Positions 30,914 through 39,591 of a stretch of DNA of 64,000 bases are shown here, piece after piece. How positions within the stretch are numbered: position 1 is the stretch's first letter; each line of letters opens with the position of its first letter. A program made the position numbers and the translations under genes. The stretch lies in assembly GCA_035938875.1 (NCBI GenBank), contig DASZGL010000095.1:34236-98235 (forward strand), written 5' to 3'. The DNA is from Candidatus Dormiibacterota bacterium. Lineage in GTDB: Bacteria; Chloroflexota; Dormibacteria; Aeolococcales; Aeolococcaceae. The notes beneath the pieces were generated by a model, which did no database searches, was not told the origin of the DNA, and was given only the letters and a program-made list of their open reading frames with translations.

Positions 30914-31153
30914 ATGAACCGGCTGTACCTGCTCGGCGGCTACGCGCTGATCATGGCCACCTGCATCGTGCTCGCCGTCTACGTCATCGCCCAGCCCGAG
31001 GCGGGAGTGCCGTCGGACAGGTCGACCAACTTCCTCGCCGGCGCCGGCATCGGCTTCGCCGGCTGCATCTTCCTCAAGGACGGGTCGGGAGTCCTGCTGT
31101 CACGCCTCGGGCGCCAGAGAGGCGCCGCGCACACCCCTCCTCCAGCCGGCTGA
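30914..31153 (+). CDS. Small two-TM membrane protein (79 aa)
   Basis: Its helices are LLGGYALIMATCIVLAVYVIA and FLAGAGIGFAGCIF. It lies 28 nt after the previous stop, in the same operon. Confidence 0.4.
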   Translation: MNRLYLLGGYALIMATCIVLAVYVIAQPEAGVPSDRSTNFLAGAGIGFAGCIFLKDGSGVLLSRLGRQRGAAHTPPPAG

Positions 31154-31170
31154 CGCGCGGCGAGCAGGTG

Positions 31171-31788
31171 CTAGGCCGCGATGGCCTTGGCGTATTCCTC
31201 GCGAAAGCGCCCGCGCGCACGGAACAGCAGGGTCTCGACCGCCGACGACGACACACCGAGGCGCTCGGCGATGCTGCGGTAGTCGAGGCCCTCAATCTCG
31301 CGCAGCACAAGCACCTGGCGGTGTCGCGGGTTCAAACGGTTGAGCACACCGGCGACAAAACGCGCCGTCTCGCGCCGCTCGACATGGACCTCGGTATCGA
31401 GTTCCGGGACACCCCCCGCCATCGGCTTGACCACGAGCAGAGCGTCCATCGACAGCGTCGGAGCCCGTTTCAGCGCCCGCAGATGGTCGATGCCGAGGTT
31501 GGTGCCGATGCGCAGGACCCAGGCGCGAAAACGCAGGTCACCCTGCGTCCCGATGCGCTGTGCCGCGCGAAGAAACGCCTCCTGGGCCAGCTCCTCGGCC
31601 ACGGCCTCGTTGCCGCAGATGCGGGTCAAGCGCCGCATGACGACGGGCTGGTGGCGCCGGTAGAGTTCCTCGAAGGCGCTGACGTCACCCTCGCGGAAGG
31701 CGTCGACGAGCTGCTGCTCATCGGCGACGGAGTGGTCGGGGAGGCGACGGGTTTCGGTTGGCAAGAAGGTCTCCTGCGGGTTGCGCAA
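31171..31788 (-). CDS. ECF-type RNA polymerase sigma-70 factor
   Basis: 205 aa. Region 2 (ELYRRHQPVVMRRLTRICGNEAVAEELAQEAFLRA) and region 4 (VLVLREIEGLDYRSIAERLGVSSSAVETLLFRAR) are both present. TTG start with a GGGAGG Shine-Dalgarno. Confidence 0.9.
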   Translation of the reverse strand: MRNPQETFLPTETRRLPDHSVADEQQLVDAFREGDVSAFEELYRRHQPVVMRRLTRICGNEAVAEELAQEAFLRAAQRIGTQGDLRFRAWVLRIGTNLGIDHLRALKRAPTLSMDALLVVKPMAGGVPELDTEVHVERRETARFVAGVLNRLNPRHRQVLVLREIEGLDYRSIAERLGVSSSAVETLLFRARGRFREEYAKAIAA

Positions 31789-31827
31789 GAAACCTTGCCC
31801 CTCCCCCGGTGAAGACTTGGGACATGC

Positions 31828-31850
31828 CCGGGTAAATTGTTGTTATCCGC
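31828..31850 (-). promoter_or_regulatory. AT-rich island (GGATAACAACAATTTAC on the minus strand), 40-60 nt upstream of the ECF sigma start; candidate promoter
   Basis: This is a local drop to under 35% GC in a 70% GC genome. The GGATAAC...CGTC spacing is loosely ECF-like. It is a pattern only, with no experimental support. Confidence 0.3.
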
Positions 31851-31871
31851 GCGTGCACTCGCGCTGCGCGA

Positions 31872-32783
31872 TCAGCGTGAAAAGTGCAGCGCCACTGCCC
31901 CGGCGGCGACGAACGCGGCGTATTCCAGGGCCGCCCAGCGCTGCACCTGGTTGACCCCCAGGTGCCCCACGATCCCCTGGGCGCCGTGCCATATGGCGAG
32001 CAGGCCGGCCGCGGCGCCGGGCTGGCTGCTCGACGTCCCGGCGAAGACGGCGGCCACGGCCACGGCGCCGCCGGTGAGCAGGGCGCCGGCGAGCAGCCGC
32101 AGCCTGGCGGCGTGCCGCGGCTCGTCGCCGGCGGAGAAGGCGTCGTAGGCGACCGCGCCGGCGCCGGCGGCGACGAGGGCAAGCCGCTGCCAGGTGACCA
32201 GGGTCGAGGCCCCGACCAGGCAGACGGGGAGCAGCACGACGACCCGGATCAGCTCGCCGAGCAGGCGCTGCAGCCAGCCCTCCTGGCCGGCAGCGCGCAG
32301 GGCACGCAGATGCGGGGTGACCGCCATGACCATCGCCGCCAGAGGAACCGCGGCGACGACGGCGCCGGCATCGTCGGTGCTGGCCAGGACGACAGCCTCG
32401 CTGAGCAGGGCCGCCGCCGGCAGGAGTCCGGCCTCAAGCCCGGGACGCGCCTCCGGCGGACAGACCAGGCGGTCGTAGTACACGATCGCGAGGGCGGTCA
32501 CCGCAGCCAGGAGGAGGTCGAGGATGACCCCGCGTCGGGCGCCGACGATCTGCGGCCTGGCGAGCACCGCCATCGCAGCCACGCCCACGCCGACCATGCC
32601 GTGGAAGACCGGGGCGGGCACGCGGGGAAGGATGCGCAGCTCGCGGGTCACGCCAAGGGCGCGACGCGCCTGGTCCGCGTAATAGGCGTGGCCGGTGCTC
32701 CGCGTGTCCGGCTGGGGCTCGGGCTCGGCGGTCGGGGGTTGCGCTAGCGGCGGCGACGAGCGAAAACCTGTTCGCTTATCCAC
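31872..32783 (-). CDS. Hypothetical polytopic membrane protein (about 8 TM) immediately upstream of the ECF sigma gene
   Basis: 303 aa with a Pro/Glu-rich N-terminus followed by Ala/Leu-rich helices. Position alone makes it a candidate unconventional partner of the sigma factor. Confidence 0.5.
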   Translation of the reverse strand: MDKRTGFRSSPPLAQPPTAEPEPQPDTRSTGHAYYADQARRALGVTRELRILPRVPAPVFHGMVGVGVAAMAVLARPQIVGARRGVILDLLLAAVTALAIVYYDRLVCPPEARPGLEAGLLPAAALLSEAVVLASTDDAGAVVAAVPLAAMVMAVTPHLRALRAAGQEGWLQRLLGELIRVVVLLPVCLVGASTLVTWQRLALVAAGAGAVAYDAFSAGDEPRHAARLRLLAGALLTGGAVAVAAVFAGTSSSQPGAAAGLLAIWHGAQGIVGHLGVNQVQRWAALEYAAFVAAGAVALHFSR

Positions 32784-32813
32784 GCGAGCCTGTGGACACT
32801 GTGGACGGCGGGC

Positions 32814-33209
32814 TCACGCTTCGCTCGTCCCGGCGCGCCCATAGGCGTCCTCGAGCCGGACGACGTCGTCGATCTCGGGTGAGGACACCTCGATGATGTC
32901 GACGTCGTCGACGGCGACAAAGCGATGCCGCCGCCCGGGACGGACGCGCGCGCTCATTCCCGGCTCCAGCCGGTGCGTCTGCAGCTCACCGGCGTCGTCC
33001 TCGAGCACCAGGTCCAGGGCGCCTCGGAGGACGTAGATCGACTCGTCCTTCTGCACGTGGTATTGCAGGCTCAGCGAATGACCAGCGTCGACGTGGATGA
33101 TCTTGCCCAGGTAACGCTCGGTGATCGCCCAGCGCAACTCGTACCCCCAGGGCTTGTCGACCCGGCCTCCTCCCGCCGGGTGCGCGGCGGCCGCTCCGGT
33201 TTCGCTCAT
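32814..33209 (-). CDS. Cupin-domain protein (mannose-6-phosphate isomerase type-II cupin-like)
   Basis: 131 aa carrying the two cupin motifs (G...H...H...E and P...H), ending KPWGYELRW...HVDAGHSLSLQYH...PGRRHRF. Confidence 0.75.
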   Translation of the reverse strand: MSETGAAAAHPAGGGRVDKPWGYELRWAITERYLGKIIHVDAGHSLSLQYHVQKDESIYVLRGALDLVLEDDAGELQTHRLEPGMSARVRPGRRHRFVAVDDVDIIEVSSPEIDDVVRLEDAYGRAGTSEA

Positions 33210-34666
33210 CGATGAGGCGCGGCTGTCGCCATCCGCGACTCCACGCCGAGGTGCTGCTCCAGCGCAGCCAGGAGTTCCTCGACGCGCTCCGGGCTGGGGG
33301 CCTCGCTGTAGACGCGGATCAGCGGCTCGGTTCCGCTGAATCGCACCAGTGCCCAGGAGTCGTCCTCGAGGTAGAACTTGAAGCCGTCGTCGGTCCGGGT
33401 GCGCACGATGGCGCCTCCCGCCAGCCGGGTCGGCGGGTTCTCGCCGAGCGCGCGGTACATCGCCTCCTTGCGCTCGGCATACCCCTCACGCGGCATCGAG
33501 ATGTCGTGCCTGGCGTAGGCGTGCTTGCCGACGATGTCCTCGAGGTGGGCGAGGATTCCCGACAGCGGCATGCCGTAGTCGACGATCATCGCCGCGACCT
33601 GCAGCCCGGCGAGGACGCCGTCGCGCTCCGGGATGTGACCGCGGAAGGCGAACCCACCCGACTCCTCACCGCCGATCAGCGCATCGGTTTCCGCCATCTT
33701 TGGCCCGATGTATTTGAAGCCGACCTGCAGCTCGTACACCGGGACGCCGTACATCTCGCCAAGACGGTCAATCATGTTGGTGGTGGTCAGCGAGCGCACC
33801 ACGGCGCCGCGAAGGCCCCGCTTCTCCAGCAGGTAGAGGCAGAGCAGAGCCATGACCTGGTGCTGGTTGATGAAGACACCGCGCTCGTCGATGATGCCGA
33901 CACGGTCGGCGTCACCGTCGTTGGCGATGCCCAAGTCGTAGCCGCCGGCCACCATCTTGGCCATGGCGTCGGGCATGTACTGCGCGATCGGCTCGGGATG
34001 CATGCCGCCGAATCCCGGGTTGCGCTCGCCGTGCAGCTCGTCGACTCGTGTGGTTCCGCCGGCAAGAAGCCGGCGCACGTAGCCGGCCGCGCCGCCGTAC
34101 ATCGCCTCGTGAAGGATGCGCAGCCCGGCATTGCGCAGCCGAGGCAGATCGACCATGCGGCCGATCTGAGCGGTGTAGCTGGGCAGAGGATCGACGAGCT
34201 CCACCATCCCCGCCGCAACCGCGTCGTCGAAGGGCATCGCCGACACGCCGTCGCGAAGCGCCTGGGCGCTGAGCACCTCGAGACGCTCGACGACCTCGGG
34301 GGGCGCGGAGCCACCGAAGTCCGGCTTGAATTTGAGCCCGTTGAACTCTGGCGGGTTGTGACTGGCGGTCACGACCACAGCGCCGGCAGTGGCTCGATCG
34401 ACGACAGTCCACGATGAGACCTGAGTCGGCGACGGCCCGTCGAGCAGGAGCACGCGCTTGTCGTTGGCGGCGAGCACGCGGGCCACCTCGCGGGCGAAGA
34501 GCTCGGCGCAATAGCGCGTGTCGTGGCCGACGACCACCGGCCGGCTGTCGGCGTCCAGGTACCAGGCCACGGCCTGGGCCACGGCACGAACATTGACGTA
34601 GGTGAAGTCGTCGGCGACCACGCCACGCCAACCGTCGGTGCCGAATCTGATCGGACTGCCGGTCAC
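33206..34666 (-). CDS. Phosphomannomutase / phosphoglucomutase
   Basis: The start is set at GTG 34666 (VTGSPIRFGTDGWRG). The active-site serine loop is TASHNPPEFNGLKF, and the Mg-binding GDADR motif is present. The track ORF has a 91-aa spurious extension that covers a repeat element. Confidence 0.9.
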   Translation of the reverse strand: MTGSPIRFGTDGWRGVVADDFTYVNVRAVAQAVAWYLDADSRPVVVGHDTRYCAELFAREVARVLAANDKRVLLLDGPSPTQVSSWTVVDRATAGAVVVTASHNPPEFNGLKFKPDFGGSAPPEVVERLEVLSAQALRDGVSAMPFDDAVAAGMVELVDPLPSYTAQIGRMVDLPRLRNAGLRILHEAMYGGAAGYVRRLLAGGTTRVDELHGERNPGFGGMHPEPIAQYMPDAMAKMVAGGYDLGIANDGDADRVGIIDERGVFINQHQVMALLCLYLLEKRGLRGAVVRSLTTTNMIDRLGEMYGVPVYELQVGFKYIGPKMAETDALIGGEESGGFAFRGHIPERDGVLAGLQVAAMIVDYGMPLSGILAHLEDIVGKHAYARHDISMPREGYAERKEAMYRALGENPPTRLAGGAIVRTRTDDGFKFYLEDDSWALVRFSGTEPLIRVYSEAPSPERVEELLAALEQHLGVESRMATAAPHR

Positions 34667-34757
34667 GTCGGCAGGGTAACAGGGGCGGATTGATTCCGGG
34701 AACGTCGCCAATACGACCGTGTCAAGCCAAGGCGATGCCGTGCATACTCCGGACCTC

Positions 34758-34818
34758 CAGGGGGTAAGGCCGATCCGGGCTTGGCCCGGTCGGCGATGAA
34801 TAGGGGGACTTCCCCCTC
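34758..34818. repeat. Structured GC-rich dispersed repeat, copy A (divergent intergenic region between the PMM gene and a lipoprotein gene)
   Basis: The sequence is CAGGGGGTAAGGCCGATCCGGGCTTGGCCCGGTCGGCGATGAATAGGGGGACTTCCCCCTC. It is about 90% identical to copy B at 46751..46818 and contains two hairpins plus a distal G-run. Confidence 0.6.
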
Positions 34819-34854
34819 GACACCAGCGGCAACGGGGGACACGGCGGGGAGGAG

Positions 34855-35298
34855 ATGAGCACAGTGCACCGGCCGGCCATCGCAGGCGCGACAGTCGCGG
34901 CGGCATGCGCCACGCTGCTCGGCGCCTGCGGTGACACACCTCACATCAGCGAGGCGGCGACCGCTCCGCCGCTGACCGCGACCAAGGTCGACATCACCCT
35001 CACCGGGGATCGCGTGGTCACCATCGTCCATCCCTCGGACGACGTCAGCTTCAAGCTCGACGACGCCCGCCTGCTCGTGGTCCACATCAAGGTTCACTCC
35101 ACGGCCAGCAGCGCGCAGACAGTGTCGATGCGCGCGTCGCTCTTCGATTCGGCGAACAAGCTGATCGGCGATGCCACCGGTGGGACGCTGGCAGTGCCCC
35201 CTGGCGCCGATGTCGCCTTCGACCTCAGCGGTCCCGACCCCAACGGAACCATCAGCAAGGCGACATTCGAGGTCCACGCCACGGCCAGCCCCAAATGA
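34855..35298 (+). CDS. Hypothetical lipoprotein
   Basis: 147 aa. The signal and lipobox are AAACATLLGACG, and a GGGGAGGAG Shine-Dalgarno precedes the start. Confidence 0.55.
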   Translation: MSTVHRPAIAGATVAAACATLLGACGDTPHISEAATAPPLTATKVDITLTGDRVVTIVHPSDDVSFKLDDARLLVVHIKVHSTASSAQTVSMRASLFDSANKLIGDATGGTLAVPPGADVAFDLSGPDPNGTISKATFEVHATASPK

Positions 35299-36356
35299 CC
35301 CGCGCCGCGCCGGCGACGCCACCCCGGGCTGTCGGTGATGGCGCCGCCCCAGCGACGTCGGCGCGACCGCGACGCCAGGCGACGGATCGATCAACCGCGG
35401 TCCTCGCCGGAGTCGACGTCGGCGGAACCAAGATCCAGGTGGTGATCACCGACGGGGCGTTCAAGAAGCTGGGCGAGAGTCGCGGGCCGACACCGGCGAC
35501 GGGCGGACCACCGGCGGTGATCGCCGCCATCCACACCCTCATCGAGGCGGCCGTGCAGGAGGCCGGGGCGACGACGCTCGCCGCCATCGGGGTCGGCGCC
35601 CCGGGGACGATCGACTTCGCGCGCGGCATCGTCGCGCGCAGCCCGAACCTGGCCGGGTGGATGGATCCCTACCCGCTGGGCGCCGAGCTGACGCGGCTCA
35701 CCGGGGCCAGGGTCGTGGTCGACAACGACGTCCGCGCCGGCATGCTCGGCGAGCACCGCCTCGGCGCGGCCCGCCCCTTCCAGGACGTCATCGGCGTGTG
35801 GTTCGGCACCGGCGTGGGTGGGGCGGTGATCCTCCAGGGCAAGCTGCGCCTCGGCCGCTCGGGCGCCTGCGGCGAGATCGGCCATGTCTGCGTCCAGCCG
35901 GGCGGCCGGCGCTGCGGCTGCGGCCGGCGCGGCTGCCTCGAGGCGTACGCGGGTCGCGCTTCCATGGAGCGGCGCGCGCGCAAGCTGGCTGCCAAGCGCC
36001 CCACCGAGCTGTTCCACATCATGGAGAGGCAGGGACGCACCCACGTCACCAGCGGCGTCGTCGCCCGTGCCCTTGACGCCGGCGACGCGCTGACCCACGG
36101 CCTGATCGACGATGCCGTCGCCGCGGCAGGAGCGGGCATCGCCTCGGTGGTCAACGTCCTCGACGTCGAGGCGGTGGTCATCGGCGGGGGCCTGGGCACC
36201 CGGCTTGGTGCACCGTTCGCCAACCGAATCGCCGCCGCCATGCAACCCCACCTGTTCGTCGACGGCAAGGACAGCGTTCGCGTGGTTCCTGCCGAACTTG
36301 GCGATTACGCCGGGGCTCTCGGCGCCGCGACCGAAGCCGCCCAGGTGGTCAGCTAG
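35295..36356 (+). CDS. ROK-family sugar kinase (glucokinase-like)
   Basis: ATP-binding motif LAGVDVGGTKI and the ROK zinc motif CGCGRRGCLEAYAG. ATGA overlap with the lipoprotein gene. Confidence 0.8.
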   Translation: MTRAAPATPPRAVGDGAAPATSARPRRQATDRSTAVLAGVDVGGTKIQVVITDGAFKKLGESRGPTPATGGPPAVIAAIHTLIEAAVQEAGATTLAAIGVGAPGTIDFARGIVARSPNLAGWMDPYPLGAELTRLTGARVVVDNDVRAGMLGEHRLGAARPFQDVIGVWFGTGVGGAVILQGKLRLGRSGACGEIGHVCVQPGGRRCGCGRRGCLEAYAGRASMERRARKLAAKRPTELFHIMERQGRTHVTSGVVARALDAGDALTHGLIDDAVAAAGAGIASVVNVLDVEAVVIGGGLGTRLGAPFANRIAAAMQPHLFVDGKDSVRVVPAELGDYAGALGAATEAAQVVS

Positions 36357-36366
36357 CCGCAGCCTG

Positions 36367-37506
36367 CTACAGGAGCTCGTCTCGGCCGGCGGCGCGCAGC
36401 CGTTCGACGACGTCGCGCACGGCCTGAGCGCGAGACGCGGGCATGACCAGCAGTGCGTCGCCAGCGTCGACGACGACAAGGTCGTCGGCACCGACCACGG
36501 CGATGTGCCGGCCGCCGTGAGCTTCGACGAGGCAGCCGCGGGAGTCGAGGACGGTGACGTCGCCGGCGGTGACGTTGCCGGCGCCGTCGGCGGCGCCCGC
36601 GGCGCTGCGCGCGCTGCGCAGGTCGCTCCACGAGCCCAGGTCCGACCAGGGGAAGTCGGCGCGCACCACGGCGAGGCGCGAGCTGTGCTCGAGGAGCAGC
36701 GGCTCGACCGCCCGTGTATCGAGTCGCCGGTAGGCGGTTGCGGCGGCATCCTCGTCACCAGCACCACGTGAGGCGACGACCTCGGCGAGGGTGGAGTCGA
36801 CGCCGGCGGCGAAGGCCCGCATCTCCTGCTCGAATACCGCGGCCGGCCAGGCGAACAGGCCGGTGTTCCAGAGGTGGCTACCTCCCTCGACGAACCGCGT
36901 GGCGACGTCGCTCGCCGGCTTCTCGCTGAACCCGGCCGCGAAGTACGTGTTGAGCGTCCGTGCCGCGGCGTCGATGTCGGGCCTGCCGCCACCCGGCGAC
37001 ACCCACTCAGCACCGTCCCTCTGCGCGCCCAGGGCGACATAGCCGAAACCGGTGCTGGGATACGTCGGGGTCAGCCCCACGGTGACCAACCCGTCGCCGG
37101 CCACCGCCCAGCCGGCCGCTGCCCAGAGCGCTGCCCGGTAGGCGTCGTCGTCGCCGACGTGATGGTCGGCGTGCACCGAGCAGATGACCGCATCCGGGTC
37201 GTCGCGGGCGATCCAGCGCACCGCCAGTCCCAGCGCCGGCCCGGTACCCCGGGCCGCGGGCTCGGCGATCACCGCGTCGCGGTCGAGCCCGAGGCCATCG
37301 AGTGCCCGGCGGCAGGCGTCGGCCTGGGTGGCGACGGTGAGGATGCGCACCGGGGCACCGAGAGGAAGGACCCGTGCCACCGTCTCCCGCAGCAGGGTGT
37401 CGCCGCGATCGCCCAGGGGCAGCAGGTGTTTGGGAACAGCGGCGCGGCTCAGCGGCCACAGCCGTGTGCCGCTGCCTCCGGCGAGCACGACGACGTGCAG
37501 CGACAT
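36367..37506 (-). CDS. manC: Mannose-1-phosphate guanylyltransferase (GDP-mannose pyrophosphorylase)
   Basis: The nucleotidyltransferase N-terminus is MSLHVVVLAGGSGTRLWPLSR...PKHLLPL. Confidence 0.85.
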   Translation of the reverse strand: MSLHVVVLAGGSGTRLWPLSRAAVPKHLLPLGDRGDTLLRETVARVLPLGAPVRILTVATQADACRRALDGLGLDRDAVIAEPAARGTGPALGLAVRWIARDDPDAVICSVHADHHVGDDDAYRAALWAAAGWAVAGDGLVTVGLTPTYPSTGFGYVALGAQRDGAEWVSPGGGRPDIDAAARTLNTYFAAGFSEKPASDVATRFVEGGSHLWNTGLFAWPAAVFEQEMRAFAAGVDSTLAEVVASRGAGDEDAAATAYRRLDTRAVEPLLLEHSSRLAVVRADFPWSDLGSWSDLRSARSAAGAADGAGNVTAGDVTVLDSRGCLVEAHGGRHIAVVGADDLVVVDAGDALLVMPASRAQAVRDVVERLRAAGRDELL

Positions 37507-37558
37507 CTAGCAGCCCCTTGGAGCGATCAACGACGTCAGCCGGTGGTGAGCGACGCCA

Positions 37559-38752
37559 TCAGACCGCGGCGGCGGCACTGAGGCCGGCGACCAGGGGAGT
37601 GGTTCCGGCTTCGGCGGCGAGCTCCGCCGCCCGGTCGGTCCGCTCCCAGGGGAGGTCGAGGTCGCTGCGACCGAAGTGGCCGAATGCCGCCGTCTGCTTG
37701 TAGATGGGGCGGCGCAGCTGCAGCTGGCTGATGATGCCGATCGGTGACAGGTCGAAGTACTCGTCGACAAGTGCAGCGATCTGCTCGGTGGCGACGCGCT
37801 CGGTGCCGAAGGTCTCGATGCGCAACGACACCGGTTTGACCACACCGATGGCATAGGCGAGCTGGATCTCGCACTTCGCCGCCAACCCGGCGGCCACGAG
37901 GTTCTTGGCCACCCAACGCGCCCCGTACGCGGCGCTGCGGTCGACCTTGGTCGGATCCTTGCCGCTGAACGCTCCGCCGCCGTGGCGAGCAGAACCGCCG
38001 TAGGAGTCGACGATGATCTTGCGACCGGTGAGCCCGGCGTCGCCCTGCGGTCCACCGACGACGAACCGGCCGGTGGGATTGACGTAGCGGTGCGTGTCCT
38101 TGTCGAGCCATCCCTCGGGGATCACCGCCTCGACGATGTGCTCCTGCACCTCGGCGAAGATCTGCTCGTTGCCGGCGTCCTCGGAGTGCTGCACGCTGAC
38201 CAGCACCGTGTCGACACGCAGCGGGCGACCGTCGTCGCCGTACTGCACGGTGACCTGCGTCTTGCCATCGGGACGAGCCCAGCGCAGCGTGCCGTCGCGC
38301 CGTTTCTCGCTGATCTTGCGGGCGAGCTGATGAGCCAGCTGGATCGGCGCCGGCATGAGCTCGGGGGTCTCGTCGCAGGCAAAGCCGAACATCATTCCCT
38401 GGTCGCCGGCACCACCGACATCGACGCCCTGCTTGATGTCCGGCGACTGCTCGTCGATGCAGACGAGGACACCGCAGGTCTCGTAGTCAAAGCCGTACTT
38501 CGCCCGCGTGTAACCGACGTCGCGGATGGTCTGGCGCACGACCTTGGCGATATCGACATAGCAGTCGGTGGTGATCTCGCCGAAGACCAGCACCGTCCCA
38601 GTGGTCATCGCCGTCTCGCAGGCGACGCGGCCGAGAGGATCCTTGGCCAGGACGGCGTCGAGGACGGCGTCGCTGATCTGGTCGGCGATCTTGTCGGGGT
38701 GACCCTCGGTCACCGACTCCGACGTGAAGAGGTTGCGCTGCACCGTGCGCAT
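37559..38752 (-). CDS. metK: S-adenosylmethionine synthetase
   Basis: The start is set at ATG 38752 ([21 protein letters not shown]), with a GGAGG Shine-Dalgarno 9 nt upstream. Motifs include [10 protein letters not shown] and [11 protein letters not shown]. The track start at 38803 adds 17 aa that are not conserved. Confidence 0.95.
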   Translation of the reverse strand: MRTVQRNLFTSESVTEGHPDKIADQISDAVLDAVLAKDPLGRVACETAMTTGTVLVFGEITTDCYVDIAKVVRQTIRDVGYTRAKYGFDYETCGVLVCIDEQSPDIKQGVDVGGAGDQGMMFGFACDETPELMPAPIQLAHQLARKISEKRRDGTLRWARPDGKTQVTVQYGDDGRPLRVDTVLVSVQHSEDAGNEQIFAEVQEHIVEAVIPEGWLDKDTHRYVNPTGRFVVGGPQGDAGLTGRKIIVDSYGGSARHGGGAFSGKDPTKVDRSAAYGARWVAKNLVAAGLAAKCEIQLAYAIGVVKPVSLRIETFGTERVATEQIAALVDEYFDLSPIGIISQLQLRRPIYKQTAAFGHFGRSDLDLPWERTDRAAELAAEAGTTPLVAGLSAAAAV

Positions 38753-38967
38753 GTTTGGCGTCCTCCACCCCACCGGCGGCCACCGTGGCGCCCTGTGCGT
38801 CACCGGCCCGCTCCTGTCCGGGGTCGGCGGGATGGTACCAGCAGGCCGCTCGATTGCGACCAGGGTGACAGCAATGTGCTGGCGGCCCGCGCCCTGACCG
38901 TGTACTGTTACGCCGACGTATTCATACCCAGGCGCCGATCAACGCGCCGGATGGAGGACCTTGGCGC

Positions 38968-39294
38968 GTGTCGGTAGATCAGACGTTGCGTTGCCGCGAG
39001 TGCGGTGTCGATTTCATTTGGACAGCCGGAGAACAGGCCTTTTACCAGTCTCGTGGGCTGACCAATCCCCCCTCGCGGTGCCCCTCGTGCCGCGCCGCTC
39101 GCAAGGCGGCGGCTGGAAACGGCGGCTATGGTGGTGGGGGCGGCGGCTTCGGCGGCGGTCGCGGTGATCGCGGTCCGCGTGAGATGCACGAGGTGACATG
39201 CGCCTCCTGCGGCGGCATCGCCAGGGTGCCCTTCGTTCCTCGCGGAGATCGCCCCGTCTACTGCAGCGACTGCTTCCGCGCCGGCGTGCGATGA
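38968..39294 (+). CDS. Double zinc-ribbon protein (two CxxC-x17-CxxC units separated by a Gly-rich linker; resembles the zf-trcl 'probable zinc-ribbon' family)
   Basis: The first unit is CRECGVDFIWTAGEQAFYQSRGLTNPPSRCPSCR, followed by GNGGYGGGGGGFGGGRGDRG, then CASCGGIARVPFVPRGDRPVYCSDC. GTG start with a GGAGGA Shine-Dalgarno. Confidence 0.7.
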   Translation: MSVDQTLRCRECGVDFIWTAGEQAFYQSRGLTNPPSRCPSCRAARKAAAGNGGYGGGGGGFGGGRGDRGPREMHEVTCASCGGIARVPFVPRGDRPVYCSDCFRAGVR

Positions 39295-39575
39295 CCTCGG
39301 GGGACATCCCCGCACACTCCCACCCCGTTGGCACCCGCGTCACCTTCCCCTATGGCGGCAGCCGCCGCACCGGGACAGTCGCCGACGTCTCGTTGATGCC
39401 CGACGGCAACGGCGGCTCCACCGTGGCCTACCTGGTCGACGTCGGCCAGCGCAAGGTCTTCGTCCAGGGAGACAGCGTCACCCTCGCCGGTGAGGGCGCG
39501 CCACAGGGATTCGACCCTGTCGCCGAGGGTGTCGCCTACGGCCGCAAACGGCCGCGCAACCCTCGCCGGCGCTAG
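39291..39575 (+). CDS. Small hypothetical protein (94 aa), possible Hva1/TUDOR-like (DUF2945-like) fold
   Basis: ATGA overlap with the zinc-ribbon gene. GTRVTFPYGGSRRTGTVADV...YLVDVGQRKVFVQGDSVTL fits a small SH3/Tudor-like barrel pattern. Confidence 0.5.
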   Translation: MTSGDIPAHSHPVGTRVTFPYGGSRRTGTVADVSLMPDGNGGSTVAYLVDVGQRKVFVQGDSVTLAGEGAPQGFDPVAEGVAYGRKRPRNPRRR

Positions 39576-39591
39576 CCCCAGCGGGATCCAC

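Noticed and set aside
33212-34417. 401-aa plus-strand ORF, plus 33787-34631 (-) alternative frames
   Set aside because: They are shadow ORFs inside the phosphomannomutase gene.
35391-37040. 549-aa minus-strand ORF
   Set aside because: It is antisense to the ROK kinase and shares a frame-shadow with manC. No domain is present.
38753-38967. Possible SAM riboswitch in the metK 5' region
   Set aside because: I could not find SAM-I, SAM-II or SAM-IV core consensus elements on the metK strand. Only generic GC-rich inverted repeats are present. A covariance-model search would be needed to exclude one.
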